A DNA stretch of 64,000 nucleotides from Phoronis australis (Eukaryota > Animalia > Phoronida), in the NCBI GenBank assembly GCA_002633005.1, contig NMRA01000691.1, positions 62,001 through 126,000 on the forward strand. Direction: 5' to 3'. Within the stretch, counting starts at the first letter, position 1. Each line of letters starts with the position of its first letter. A model generated the notes under the pieces. The model did no database searches and was not told the origin of the DNA. It saw only the letters and a program-made list of their open reading frames with translations. Below are positions 36,301-49,801 of the stretch, in pieces. The translations under genes were made by a program, and so were the position numbers.

Positions 36301-39300
36301 ATGAATTTAGTTGATTTCACATTATTGAATAGTGTCTCCAAAATATGTTCAACTTTCGAATGTCATTGTTAATTAATTTTGTTTTGACTTCGTCGAAGAA
36401 GAGCATTTGATTGAAGAATTGAGGGAAATGAAACTGGCCAATAGGTGACGCAATATTTCATGGCACCGAAAGCCCACGCAAAAGATCGCACCATAACTTT
36501 AGCAGCAGATTAACGTAGATCGCAAGCCGTCATAAGTAGTCTAAAATTCTAATTATAGTAAAACAACACATCGCAAATTACTAACCATTGAAAGTAGACA
36601 GATTTGTTTTTCATTAAACAATGTTTGACAGAAAGTGCGGGAGTTGTGTTTTGGTTACCCGTATGTCCTGTCCGATCCCCAGGATTCTTGTTTTAAAGTT
36701 CAGGGTTCGCGTTGTTTTGAGCTGGTTAGCCTTTTTGAAGGCACAGAAGTCTGTTTTCTACTCCGGGAAATCTGTTTTACGCCAGAGTTCCTGTTTCGGT
36801 GGAACACCATGGGCGGTCCTCCCCACACCCGCCAATCAACTCATTCAAAGCTTTAGACACGCTTGCAGACTTAAACAAATTTTTAAGGAAAACCAGTTTC
36901 TACATTTTAAGGCTGAGCAAGCTGGATGAGTTATATTTTGTTTGAAAAATGTGATTGCTTGTATCATCTTATACCTGGTACAAACCCTGTTCTAGTTAAA
37001 TAACAGATGTTTTAATACATTGTATGTCATTGGACAAGAACAAACTTTGTCAAGTTCATCCGCAGTTTCCACACCAAAGACATCTTGTCGGATGCGTTAA
37101 AAACATAGCAGATGTTCGCAGAGTGGAGCTGGGATTTCATAAAATAATAGGAACATCAACCATATGTCGAGAAATTATCGGAAATCGTAACAAAATGTTT
37201 CCTAATGTGTTGCTGTAAGTTCTGAGAGAAACTTTACTTGCAGTCTTTCGTCACGAAATCTTTTCAAGAACACCCCACGCATGCTGTTCGTCGTTACTTC
37301 GCCGAAGTTTGGCTTTATCTGTAAAAAGGGACTTTACTGTTCAGTGTCGCGGTATATGTGTCAGTTTGTCAACTTAAACAATATACAAACGCGCAATCTC
37401 TAACCAAAAGCGCACTACATAGTGCTTGTTCTCGACATTGAATATATCATAATTTGGATTGTTACATCTTTTCCCCTCGGTTTTACCGCGCTACGTTTGA
37501 ATAGCTATTTCCCAGCTATAAGGCTCGTGTTTGGATGGTAGTGTTATTGAAAAGGGTTNCTATGGTGACGCTAAATACAAAGGGCATTCATGGCGGGCAG
37601 TTTGTGTTGAACGTGACTGGCAGCGATGAGAATGTACCCAGTGTTTATTTGCATTGCTGTTTTGTATAGTGTTGGCCACCGTTGTAACCTTGAAAACAAT
37701 GAAACCCCCGACCACCGTTTTTGTGATTTTGGAAACAAGAGCAACCGAAATTAAATCAATCATTTGCTAGAATGTCACCGTTATCTTACCTTTCGTTTTG
37801 GGTTTACGTCTTTGAAAAAACTGAAATACGAGTTCTTCCGAGAAATTTCTTTCAGAATTGTAAATTTCGACGCTCTCCAGCGTCAACGTCTCTGATTCGT
37901 TGCGAACAACTTCCAAACCACGAATAATGTCCTTGCACCGACGACGAGAAGTGTAGTCTGAACCTGAAAATATTTGTAGTGAACAATCACGTCTGGCGAA
38001 ATGAAATTCTGCAAGTATGCTGTTCAGACGGCCAAATTCCAACCCAAGTTGATACCTGACAAAGCATGTCCCTACCAACCCCTCCTATAATTCACATAAG
38101 AAAGTTTGTTATCAGGAAGGAGAATCTGGTTGATCATAAAGCAAATCCGCGTCATATCCTAGATCTGTGCTAAAGCATTATTAGTGGGAGAATGTGATCT
38201 ACTTAGCTACGGATTTCTGCAACCTCTCTTAGGACGAGCCTGATGACTATTTAACAAAAGACGGTTCCCATGAGCTGCTCTGTATGGCTTGCACATGTCC
38301 GGTGCATTTCAAAAATCAGATCGCCTGCAATGCTTTTAGTCATCACTGATAAGAACATTATCGAGCTGCTTTGTCTCGGCCAATATTATTGTGATGTGTG
38401 AAAAGACCACACAGTAGCCCGCTTAAATACACCAATAGGGTGTCGTTTAGTTGCAAAGCTCACCATCGCACGTCTTCACTTCAGATATGCCCGGTACCAT
38501 GAAAACACTGCGAGATACAAACATAAGACGTTTCTGTTCACAATTTACGTGTTAAGTATCACGGTTTCTGCGAATGCTACTGTAACAATAAAAAGGCATC
38601 ACTCAAAACAGTTTTTTTTTTCTGAAATAAATCCGCACTTACTTTCATCTCGAACTAGGATGGCTATCGACGTGTAGTTCAACAGGGTCATAAACCCAGT
38701 GACTGCTCGGGCCATTGCTTTGTATGGGCAACCCGTGAAAAACAAAGTGGAAAATCGTTCTTTATCCGAAAGGTCAAAACTTCCTGGAGCCCACGTCAGG
38801 TGAGGTAAATTCCAAGATGCGGCATATAACGCTGCTGTGTAACAGGCTGCAACAAGCGGATCAGTGTATGGGCGCTCTTTCTTGAAGGAAACATCAGAAA
38901 TCACTTGCATAACATTTGAAAACATTGAACATTCTCTGTCTTGTGTTACCAACGAACGTTGAACACAGTTCACTTCGTCTTGGTTGTTCACAGGAATAAT
39001 TTGCAAATTCGGACCATAAGACGGCTAGTTACGATCGGAAGTGCTTCAAGTTCTCAAAGACCTTTGTCACAGTTATAAGAATTGCTGATCATGTTCAAGA
39101 TATGACAAGCAGTCGCGAACTACCTCTAATTGTTTCAGAAACGAAAGTTTGGTTGTCACCTGTTTTTTCTCTCCAGTAGTCTACGAAATTAGTTTGGTCT
39201 ATGTTTGAAGATAAGCGTAAAACACATAGAATAGTTAGAACTAGATTTGGCTGCTCGACAGTCCATGCGCAATATCATGTGTAATTGATGAAGAATATGT

Positions 39301-41404
39301 ATATTAGCAAACAACTGTTTTACCATTAGTAAACAAAAGCATTTTTAAGGCTATACACGGCCTTATCGACGAGTCTGTGAAACTATTGATTTTAGCTGAA
39401 TAAAAGCATAATGCTGAAAGTGGAGAGCTTGGAAAATAAGATGTTTGACAATACCACATACTTTTGTCAAAAAGTTTTATTGTTATCGTGATGCAAATAC
39501 AATAAAGCCAAACAGTATAAACATTCACGCACACAGTCACGCTCACATTCATACACAGGGGGGCCATTGGTTGTATGTAGTGTAAATTAAAATAAAGGTG
39601 CTAGAGGGGCCCATCGTTCCTCGAAGTCGAGATACCTGCACTGGTTATAGTACATAACCTTTTCTACTTNTGAGACTGTCAATTTCCTGTTGTGCATTGT
39701 CCACTTTAGTGTTCAACCCAGTCATTTGCGTTTGAATGGTGTCAATCTTCTCTAGGACACCGTCAATTTTCGCACTCAAACTAGCCTCAACTCGCAAGAT
39801 TATTTCCTTAATTTCTTCAGACATCTCGTCAGTAGTACTCACAGAGTCCTTTCTAAGCGTGTACGGATATGGTTTTGGCGGCATAACATTCAAAACGGCT
39901 CTGCTTTTGCGGAGAGATTTTTAGCCGTCCATGCCGGTTTGACCGATACCACATACTTTTACTGTGTCATTTGAAGGAAAGTTAGTTGATAGAAAAACAA
40001 CAGTATCAATTGCATGGCCAAATTCTATTTTATATGAATGTTCAATATAAAATCTCAAAAACACTTCTAGATTATCATTTCAGATTTATGAAACTTTAGA
40101 TTATTCATGCGACTCATAGAAGTCCTTTTTGATAGCTCCTCATGTCAAAGTGCTACAGTTTAAAGGCATATAACGAACAGTTGATAACCCATGCAAAATG
40201 AATGTTTCGCACGAATCCCACTAGCCATTTCTGGGATATGATGTTCTGACGTTAGCCAAATTTGGATACTTTTCTACGATCCCAATTAACCTTAAGAAAA
40301 TACCGTTCTCATAACAACGCTTACGTCTTACCAACTTCCAGAGGTGACCCCATTAAGACATGCGCATTTCTGCTCTTCAATCTTACGGCTCCACCAGCAC
40401 CACCAGCAAGTGATGCCTGGTCATCGGCGTACTCCCACCTGGAAAATAATGTATGGATGCTATTGCATATCTACGATTATCATTCTCAGTTCAGTTCACC
40501 AAACTAACTTCTCAGAGGACCCTTCATAACCAATCAGACCACCACAGCAATTTGCCGCAAGGAACATGGTCTTGGAATGTCTGTATTTGACGAATTTTCC
40601 AGTGCAGTAAGCCTTTCTGTACTTCGCTGTTAATGGGGTGTTAGCTTAGTCTAGAAAAACATTAAATGCAAAGCAGATAACAAAATAGCCAATTTCTTCC
40701 ATTCCTTATTTATATGTGCATAATTTTAATGAAATAAATGATTAAATGATGATATTTTACTACCTGAAAAGTCTGATAAGGAGTTAGAAAAATCCCACCA
40801 GAAAAAGTGCAACTTTGGCTCCGCAAATTAAAAATAAGAAATAATGCCGCCACAGCACCGTCTTGCATCTGAGCTACTCGCAAATACAGTTTTTGGATAG
40901 CAAATGAGACATGTAGCGTGCAAACAAAGAAACAAAATCTTGCGGCAAATCAAGTGATAAAAATGTATCCCTGAAAGTAGGACCATGGACATGTATTCAG
41001 AAACTTTTACGAAGTCAGGCTCATGGACAGTTAAGTTAAGGGCGTGGATGTTGAAATTCCAGGTATACTTTAGAAAGAAAATATAAACGGGCTACACGTT
41101 TTTAACAGAGACAGACGGTTAAAGAGATTTAACCATATGCAAAACAGTTAAGAATCCAAAATGTGAACCTTATTCGATAGTTTGCCAGCAAACCATCCTG
41201 CCGAGCCCTCTCCTCGGCCAAAGAGATTGCAAGACGTGACTGATTGTAGCCAAGCAGATTCGACCAGCGTCTAAGTGGCATTAGCACGCCAAGCGTTACC
41301 TCAGTGACAATCAACATGGCTACTGGGCATGCGCATAGACAGAGTGAGAAGACCAGAAGCAAATGGTCCATTACCACTAAGAACAGCGATTTCATTCTTG
41401 CCAT
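15347..41404 (-). CDS. Receptor-type (membrane) guanylate cyclase, NPR/speract-receptor family; multi-exon gene
   Basis: Exons read by eye (minus): 41404-41169 signal peptide; 40438-40332; 38846-38643; 37963-37790; tentative 37318-37238; 35735-35609 (LHDTALLY); 35468-35347 ([14 protein letters not shown]); 34302-34206 TM; 33629-33533; 31539-31360; 31052-30948 (HDNINRFVG); 30505-30434; 30196-30037 (HGRLKSTNC); 29713 to about 29564 (LWTAPELLR); 29163-28947; 28083-27946 (LLYRMLP); 26045-25853 (SDIVGFT); 23191-23005 (VETIGDSYM); 21032-20949 (PRYCLFGDT); 20742-20651; 15463-15347 ([10 protein letters not shown] to stop). Some ectodomain exons were not found. Confidence 0.93.
16425..16530 (-). mobile_element. 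3' fragment of tRNA-derived SINE family
   Basis: GCGGTCTGATACACGTTGTACCAGACGTGCG is shared with 55435 and, diverged, 28380. Confidence 0.65.
16540..17598 (-). mobile_element. Diverged, internally deleted copy of the Kolobok-type element at 23306-24826
   Basis: Colinear blocks TATTCTTCCGTGAAATAC, ACGAACATAAACCAGC, AACCACTGACGTC, and right end GTGGCATTCTCCT-TTAA. Confidence 0.8.
23306..24826 (-). mobile_element. Non-autonomous Kolobok-type DNA transposon with THAP-domain relic
   Basis: TTAA TSD (23302-23305 and 24827-24830); TIRs AGGAGAATGCCACCC / GGGTGGCATTCTTCT; minus strand about 24660-24440 gives MPFYC...[30 protein letters not shown]...[11 protein letters not shown] (THAP pattern). Confidence 0.8.
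25524..25825. mobile_element. MITE of the GGCGGATYTAG family
   Basis: Ends CATAGGCGGATTTAGG and GATATCCTAGATCGGCCAG; relatives at about 28605-28918 and 56095-56760. Confidence 0.55.
26720..26873. mobile_element. hAT-type MITE (empty copy of 55659-55960)
   Basis: Ends CAGTGCTATAGTGG / CCACTACAGCACGG; internal similarity to 55659-55960. Confidence 0.75.
27111..27853. mobile_element. Two PIF/Harbinger-like MITEs (27111-27320 and 27606-27853, inverted relative to each other)
   Basis: TIR GGCCCGTTCCAA(C/G)AAAACTGACT; third copy at about 44219-44466. Superfamily inferred from the GGCC termini. Confidence 0.7.
28378..28590 (-). mobile_element. tRNA-derived SINE
   Basis: Minus-strand head GTGTGGCCTTGTGG (A box)...GGTTCGAGTCCC (B box); body shared with 55433-55646 and 16425-16530. 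Confidence 0.75.
32108..32953. other. Near-identical 1008-bp-offset duplicate of 31100-31946 flanking the N gap; probably an assembly or haplotype artefact duplicating one cyclase exon (32547-32368)
   Basis: Sequence after the gap repeats the pre-gap sequence with only a few SNPs. Confidence 0.8.
39466..39945 (-). mobile_element. L1/Tx1-clade LINE; both ends present, interior collapsed at N 39669
   Basis: 15-bp TSD ATACCACATACTTTT (39451-39465 and 39946-39960); ORF1 start MPPKP...coiled coil; after the N, ORF2-like end [21 protein letters not shown] and AATAAA; GT/AAAA target on the minus strand. Confidence 0.75.
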
Positions 41405-44017
41405 CTCGTCCTTTGCCTAGAGCGACAAAAATACGTTTACGTTTGTAATGACACACATACTAAGTAACCCAATGTCTGTTACGAGCAAATCGTATCGATT
41501 GACGTCTCATTTCCTGTTTATCATTTCTGGGAGGCGTTCTCTTTTTACCGGCCGATTCTGCCACTTCTACCACCTTTTCCGTTCTGGTATCGGGCACTCA
41601 AAGTCGCTATTCCAGCGTTTTACAGTGTTGCATAATTTAAAGCAATAATAATAATTATTGAGAGCGACTGTTTGTGTACCTGAAATTATTTGTTAGTACT
41701 CTGGCATGTCTTAACAAGTGTTCCGTTCACTGGAATAACCTACTCAAAATGCCAAGAAGCAAATGTGGAAAAGGCCACAGAACATTTTTTGTAAAACGTG
41801 CACACAAATGGGAAATGATACGGCAAGTATAACTGCTCGAAAATCAATCCCTTCAAAAGAACTTAATATTCACTTCAAGATTAGACGTTTTAATATTCAC
41901 TTGTGACTACGCCATTTACATTTAGCGAGTAACTCGTGAACTAGAGCATTCACTTGGCTCACTGGCTACTTTTCGGGTCACTTCTTCTTATTATATTACG
42001 CCATTAAGTCAAAATCTGAGAAAACAAGGTGGCAAATGATTTGATTCGTGGTTGTTACAGAAAGGTAAAAAGAGGCAAAATATAATCGGATATGATTCAC
42101 AAAATATTACAAAATAATTTTGTTTGGTTAGTATTAGCGCAATCAAAAATTGCCAGTACTCAGCTCTCTCACGCAGAGCTGAAGGGCCATCAAAACGTGT
42201 TTTACAAATTCGTGAAATGGTCACAAATGGATTGAATGGTAGAAAAAATATTTGTTGAATGTTTTATTGCTAAGGAAATTGAACTCAATTGACCTATTTA
42301 GGGAAAGTCGACTTAATGGTTGTATTTCGCCTTTTCTTTCCTATTACACAGCAGCACTACCAACAAGTATTTTTCTCGCATTCCGTTCTGAAAGTCGTTT
42401 CAAGTTCACACACACTTTGACAAATTCTGGTGCATTCTTGGGCTGAGCGCTTTTACAAGAATCATTGATGGCAAATCAAGTTCTAACATGAGAACAACAT
42501 TATTTTTACCTATTTTTTCCTTTTTAAGAAATAAGGTCAGCGAATTAAGTCATTAATGTGCATTTTTTTCTGAAATTCGAAGTCAGGGAGGTGGTCTGGT
42601 AAGTGTTTAACGGAGGACTCTACTTAGTAAAGTAATTATAGCAATCACCAAATTCAGGTGTTAACCTACCTTTTGATCTCTGTGGGTTTAGCTTCCATTC
42701 AACTTATTCCCGAAGAACATCTATTCAAAATTCGTATTTTTCAGATTGCTTATTTGTGAGAACTGTATTTACTTTTTAAGACATTTTCAGCACGTGAAAT
42801 TTGTAGTCGCGAGTAAATCATCGAAAACGAAACGCACGAGAGATAAACTGAACGAGACGTTGAATTATGCAAGCTCGGGAATATGGAATAAGGAAATGTT
42901 ACCTAGAAAGAACGCTGAAAATCACGTCCTGCTTCAGGAAACTTGTTCTGTCTTAACTTAGACCAAAACCAAGACCGAAAGCCTCATATCCGCCATTCAT
43001 GAAAGTTAAGCAAGTTGGGCATATTTAAAAACGATGAATAAAATGTGGAGAAGACACTACAACTAATGTTTCGAGAGGTTGCAATGAGCTGTGAAAATAC
43101 ACACAGTCTTTTATTTTTTACATTTAAGTGGACACTTAAGACCAGTTTGACCAGTTTCAAATTGATGAGCGCCTCTTGATATCTCATAAAAAATGGTAAC
43201 GGGGAACCACTTGTTTTCTAAACAATTACGAAACTTACACAATATGGTGATTATGAAATTTACTCACGATGGCGCTAAACATTCATTATTTTGCGTCCAG
43301 ATTACATTCCTATTAAACGCTGCGTTACTTCAGTATAACAGTTATGTTGCTTGGTAAACTGTGTTTCCTTTTAAAGCAATAAATAATAATGGACCATGAA
43401 ATTTCAAGACAAAGTGCAGAATTATACTAACAATTGTCAAGTTTTTTACCATCCATGACATGAAATTTTTTCCATGTTGAAATTTAGGGATAGATGGCAT
43501 CAAAAACAATGAATCAAAAATGCCACCTAAGAGTAGCTACGAACTTGTTTTATAAGCCTCCTACAAATTGACGTATCGCAAGCTCCGCCACCTAACGAAA
43601 AATCACGTGACACCCGACAAACAAACAAGCTGTCAGAGGCAACTACACTGTCGCTAAGCAACGTTCCTGGTGGAATTGATGAGTGTTCTTTGCACTACTC
43701 GAAAACGCTTCGACAAAGACGTTAGGTGATGCCTTTAAGCAGAGAATCCTACGTTCATAATGAGGGAATTTGCAAAGGTGACGATGAAAAAATATGTGTT
43801 CTAGGAAAAGTATTTCGGAGACACCGAAAATCCGAAGAACCCCTCACGGGGTTCAGTTTCACCTGACAAATGACAAGGCCACTGATGCGATATGTTCATG
43901 TTGAGCTGGGTATGTACCTTAAAGTCGAATTATCTGTACTTTGCCATAGGTTTCGTAATTTTCGAACAAAATCAGTGAAGATTAATCGATATATTTATTC
44001 GGTCGTCTGCTAAAATC

Positions 44018-44695
44018 CATAGGACAAGCTCAACATAATCTACAAACTCGGTTTCGTAATCATAGATTTAACATAATACATAAAAACATTTCTGATACTA
44101 TAGGTAATCATTTCAATTCCAAAAACCATAATATTCAAGATCTTTCTGTACAAATAATAGAAAAACTCCAACACCCCAGTACCCCTCACATACTCAAAAG
44201 AGAGCAATATTGGATATTGGGCCCGTTCCAACAAAACTGACTTAGCTAAGACAAATCTTAAATTATAGTAAATTTTAAAATAAAAATTAGATTTGTCTCA
44301 AAACCAATTCAAGAAAGAGACCTTAAGTTTGACATTAGTGTATGGCCTAAATTTTGTCTTAATTTTGGCTAACTTTCCAAATGTGGTAGTGTCAAAGTTT
44401 GGAACTTAAGACAAATCTTAGACTTAAGTCAAAAATGAACTTAAGTCAGTTTCTTGGAACAGGCCCAAGCTCAATACAATAGAACCTCATGGATTGAACA
44501 TAAAAACGTCTTAAAATATGTCATTGAATTTTTTACGCAAAAATGTATCATATTCATTACCCCATATCGTAAGTGTCAATTGTCATATGGTGTTTGATTT
44601 TACTTTATTTCTGTTTCTGTTGACAAAGGACGTTATTACATCCGAAAATTTCAGTTGATCCATTCTTGTTGTTTTATTTACCTATTTATATTCTA
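44018..44695 (+). mobile_element. 3' fragment of the Neptune-like PLE (GIY-YIG tail and pLTR with hammerhead motif), interrupted by a Harbinger-like MITE at about 44219-44466
   Basis: Matches 10745-11192. Confidence 0.9.
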
Positions 44696-47600
44696 AAATC
44701 CGCCAAATGAAAAGTAGGTCACAACTGCCCGTGGGACTCCCTGAGCAAAGTAGTTTCTAATCTTCGAACGAAATATTTCGATTAAAAAACTCAAGTTTAT
44801 AGCTCAAGTATACGCTCATCTTGTCCAATGCAAGCAGTTAGATCCAGTAGGTCTAGTGTCCAAGTCAAATTAATGCACGTAATTGCACCATTAAACATTT
44901 AAATTAGGCTTACCTTCTGACGAACTTCGTATTTTTTGTAGGTCCACTGCATAAAGGTAGCTTGCAGTTATTCGTAAACATAGCATGATCATTAAACTGT
45001 GGTATGGTTACAAAAAATGACAAGTCTGGTGTATTGGCAAAAATGGCTATTTACAAAAATAACAAGGTTTTGAGTTCAGTAATGCAGTGCCCCTCCCTGT
45101 GGCGATCGAATCTATCAATTTTGGAAAAAAGTTCAGCTGAACGCCAGCTTACAGGTAGCCTACATGAATGACAAAAATGTACCTCTGCTACGAAACGAAA
45201 CGATGTCTATAGGTCGAAATAACTGAAAAGTAGTGAAAATATAAAAACAATTTCCAGGGGCTATCGCTAGAGATCCAACAGGTGCCGAGACAAAGGCGGC
45301 TAGACGAGTGAAACTACGGGAGTCAAAATCAGATAAGCCACCAAACTGGACTAGTGTGTATCTTGGATCAAATATATTTGTGTTTAACCTTCGAGTAATC
45401 AAGCAAAATTTCTAAGTTCAGCTGCTCGTATACGTGGCCGTTTGCACAGTTTGATACCTTTCGACATCACCTTTCGGCTTAGGAGATGCCAAAAAATGAC
45501 GGGACATTCTTCTCGAGCAGCATAACGGATGTCAAAATTACACACGCCATACCAAGATCGTATAATCACCATTCTTATCACGCAATTTGTTGAGCATATG
45601 ACGTCATACGACGCGAGCTTCCAATTTGAACCCTCAGTTGCCTATAGTGAATGATTTGAAACACAGTTCTACCTAAGAAAATTAAGAACTCACACAAGTC
45701 AACGTTCTTTGAACATTGAATGGTTTCACATGGATATACATTAATTGTATTTGGATACGCTTGCATGTGTGTATGCGTGGACTTCGTCACTTTGCTTAAA
45801 TCCAGCAGGTGTAAGTCAAGAAATTAGCTGCTCCCGCCACGGTGGCCGGTGTCGTGGCGTCGCAGGGAAGTCTGATCCATGCATACGAAATTCGACGAAC
45901 TAACGCTAGTCGCTGGTGAGCTCTGCCGCTATGATTCATGCGTAATTCGACGAACTAATGCTAGTCGCTGCTCAGCTCAGCTATGATTCATTTGAGACGT
46001 GCGGCTTAACTCGAACCTATACCCGTGTTCTTGCTCCAAGGTCGTTTTTTGACCCAGTTTCGGGAAAAGTTCATTTTAATACGGTACTTTCCTGAAGATT
46101 TTTTTGAAAGATATGATCCCGAAATCCTTGGCCTATAGAGCTGTGTCAAAATTCCTTGTTGAAACACGGCCACTGGTCCAGCTTCTGCTGGGCGGCTGGG
46201 GAAAATGAACTGAACGCAGTGTCCCAAAAATGCACACATTTCAACCCCTCAGTGCAGTTCAAGTTCTTTTCCCGTCAATCACTGTGCGCGGATTCTACGC
46301 GGGCAGCCTACTGGCGGCATGACGACACCTTATTTTTAACGTGAGTGCGTCACTGAGTCACGACGTGTCCAGCCTTTGCAGTATGCACGGGAATGGCAAG
46401 CAAACGATTCGGTTTAGAAGAACCTAAATTCATTGCACAATGCTACTGGGAACTACAAGCATCAAGGAAGTGCAAAGACAATCTTTCCAAATTTATGACC
46501 GATGACTTGAACTTCTTTTTCGATCTACGGTTTGTAAAGTCTTGAATTTCATTAGTCTAGTTTTTTTTTTAATTCAATAAAGCATTTAGTGCTGCCCGAC
46601 ATTCATGAATATCACTGTTATCGTTTAGTGTCCTTCTTTGCGATATGGTGGTCTGATGATGGATCGAATTTTTGCAAGTCAGCCTTCAGGCTTTAACTAA
46701 GTTCAGTCACGGTGACGCATCGCCATTTTTTACAATACAGCTTCTGTGCTGTGCACGAATGTTTTGTGTTTTTGATGAATTTGGAATCTCAACGTCCCCT
46801 CTTGAGTAGTTGGCAGTGTCGTGCCGTAGGTGTATAGAGGGCGCAGTACTGAAAAAAGTGGGAGCTAAAGCCCTCTCAGTCCCCCCCCCCCCTTAGTGCG
46901 CCGCCTATGGACCACTGAAAAACTTGGACTGAATCAATACGCTCCGCAAATCTGTTGCTTTACAAATTTTCTCGAATTTTCGAAATACATGTATAAATGA
47001 TTAAGTGCACATTTTCAAGGGCGCTTAGACGACCTATGTTGCAAAAACGGTGACCCTAACAACAATTGTCCTGGACAGGGCCCTCAAATGGTAAACCATA
47101 CACTGATACCGAGTTGTCAATGTTCTCTTGAATTTTCTCTCTGATCAGTATTCGAAGTCTTTCTTTTTTGTCTTTCCCCAGTCCCACACCTTTGTCAGTT
47201 GCCATGGTTTGACCCTAAGGCATGCAACTTTTTGAGGGGGTTGGACTCACCCTCCCCCCGCTTACTAAGGTCCTGATGCAAGGAGTACATCTTTGGTCCA
47301 AGGTCAATGTTGTGTTTCAACACGCACTCGTTGTATAGCTTGAGCATTAAATTAAAGGTTTAAGAAACACAGGAGCATTTTTGCGCATTTAATTGTGCGT
47401 GTTAACATGTTTATGGATTCGTATTGAATTTGTTGCTGCACCTTGTCTCTTGGGCCTGTACCCGGTAAGTGACCACAAATTCGTCTATTGTGCAAGTCGA
47501 CTGTAGCAAGGAGGCTAGTGGAAATGTAAGGCATCACCAGGCCAGTGGGCGTGTGTGACAACTCGGATTTCTAGTCTCTTATTATGAAAACCATTGAATG

Positions 47601-49801
47601 GCAATCACCAGCACCTGCAAACAAGAATTTTGAACTATGGAGAATTTCAACAGGAGTTAGTTGTGGACTTAGTCACGAAGCTGCCGACATTTCAGCCACG
47701 GTTACTGCCGGTCCTTCGAAGCAATTATAGCACATAATCACACGAATTCTTAAGAATGGTAAGGGTGCGTTTTGTGTTGACGGAAATGCCCATGGCGTCG
47801 AGGAATTTGAGGCATTTAATGATGAACAACTGTAGTTGTGGCTTAATTTGGAAAAACACCTTGCAAAACTAACTTCCAAGTATGCATACTGTGGCGGAAT
47901 TAAGAAATACGATTATGGCAGTGCTAATTGTAGCAGAGCCACAAACTGTGCTAAAATGGTAGAAAATTAGGCATAACATTTCTGTAGCAGACAAAAGGTT
48001 GTTTGGCGCAGGAGAAGGCCGATGACTTCAATGCTCAGAAAAATTTTGGCAGGCAAGAGACTTGCCAAGAAAACGGCACAGTTGAGTCCGGGCATTCCAA
48101 GGAAGAACTGCAGCCAATTCCAATTATTCGGTGCAACTTCTCTCACCCGACGGCGTTGTTTCACGATACCGCAACCTCAAAGAAACGAAACGCGGAGGGT
48201 GAGATATTACAAAGTATTAATATTTATCATTGGATACAGGTATCTACCTCAAAATGAATTTCCCACGGTCATTTTTTATGCCGATAGCAATGTTTTCGTG
48301 AACTGAAGAAGAACATGAATAATAGACAACCCGCGCGCTCCGTCTGACACTTCAAACTTTTGTCAACACGATAGGTAGCCGCAGAAACTTCGATGTTGAC
48401 CTCATTCTAATCTTCTCTGCAATCAACTGTCAGGGGACAAAAACAATTCAAAGTCCGCTCCTCGAAATAGGGCTTGCTTAGCTGGAATTCAGAACTGCGG
48501 TCATGAGAGTGTTTTCACCTCCTGATTGCGAAGCGATCGAGTTCGCTGTGATATCTTCATCAGCGCGTGCTCTCAGCGGGAGGTCACCGCTTTATTCACT
48601 CAAGGGCTCGACCAACAACTGACGAGAGTCTCAGAACTCCCACATGCAAATTTGGTTTGCAAATGAGGGAGTACGTGACTACTGCGCCATCTATACATCG
48701 ACGGAAAAGCTCAAAAACCCGTGACTTCGTGTGGGAAGTTGCGATTGAGTGCGCTGAAATCGATATTTTCAAAATACAACTACACCACTGTTTAAGGTTG
48801 CAAAGTGAGTTTTTTGATATCCTCAGAAAAGCTTTAATCTCTCCGATAAAATCATCTGTTTCCTTTTAAACGAAACGTAAGTCCTGACATTAATCCGGGG
48901 ATGCAAGCAGAGTAACACCCCACTCAACCGTGATCACGGTCTGTAACTTCCTCCCACTGAAAATCAAGGGCAGGAAGAACGGTCATGTGATCAAGGGCCT
49001 GAGCGGCATGCTTGAAAAAATATGGTTAAGTAGCCAAATGTCTCCAAGTAATTAATTTTCTCGTTTTTGCCACCATCGCAGCAAACAACGATGAACACTA
49101 TTAACCGTTCCTATAAATTATTGTGCTCGAAATACTTGCAAAAAGCGGCATATATTGCAGCATTTACAAATTAAACACTTAGAAATTGTTACAGCGGCAT
49201 TCAAAACCAAAGCTGGATTTAGGTCACTTACAGTTACAAAACTGGTGTTGGATTATCCCTTACTCAATTTAGAAGTTACTTCCATGCTTGGGAACATAAT
49301 TCATTATTTCTTTAGACCATGCTCATAAAGATTCAGGTCAAGTCTTTCCTTGAAAAGTTATGACCTTGATCTGAAGAAATAACGAACTGTCTATTCTTTC
49401 CACGGATCGGTTATTTTACACACTGTAGCAGTTTTTGAAGCCAAATTAGAAGTGGTGACTTGAATCAAACCTTTTGCAGAAATCACAGACTTGTGACATG
49501 TACAAAATAATTACATCTCTAAAGAATGAGAGCTGCACTGAGTTCTACAAGAATTTTGGTAAAGAAGCTACCATAGTGTGATGGCGTTTTTCGCTTCTAA
49601 AACACTATTATGTGATATCGAGTTATCGCGAGCTCCTCGCCTTTACGAAACGCATGACTGGTTCGCTAATGCTTGTCAGGTAAGTCCATGTGGCCATATT
49701 AGAAATACTTCTCACGATTATAGTTACATGTATTTTGGTAACGTTTGTTGAATCTGTCTGACTAGCAGGTTCATGCATTACAAGGTCAAAATGTCGATTA
49801 C

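Noticed and set aside
47600-48900. Coding region or final FAX exon
   Set aside because: Only short ORFs; the expected FAX C-terminal motif (NL..YC.RM...WPDW) was not found.
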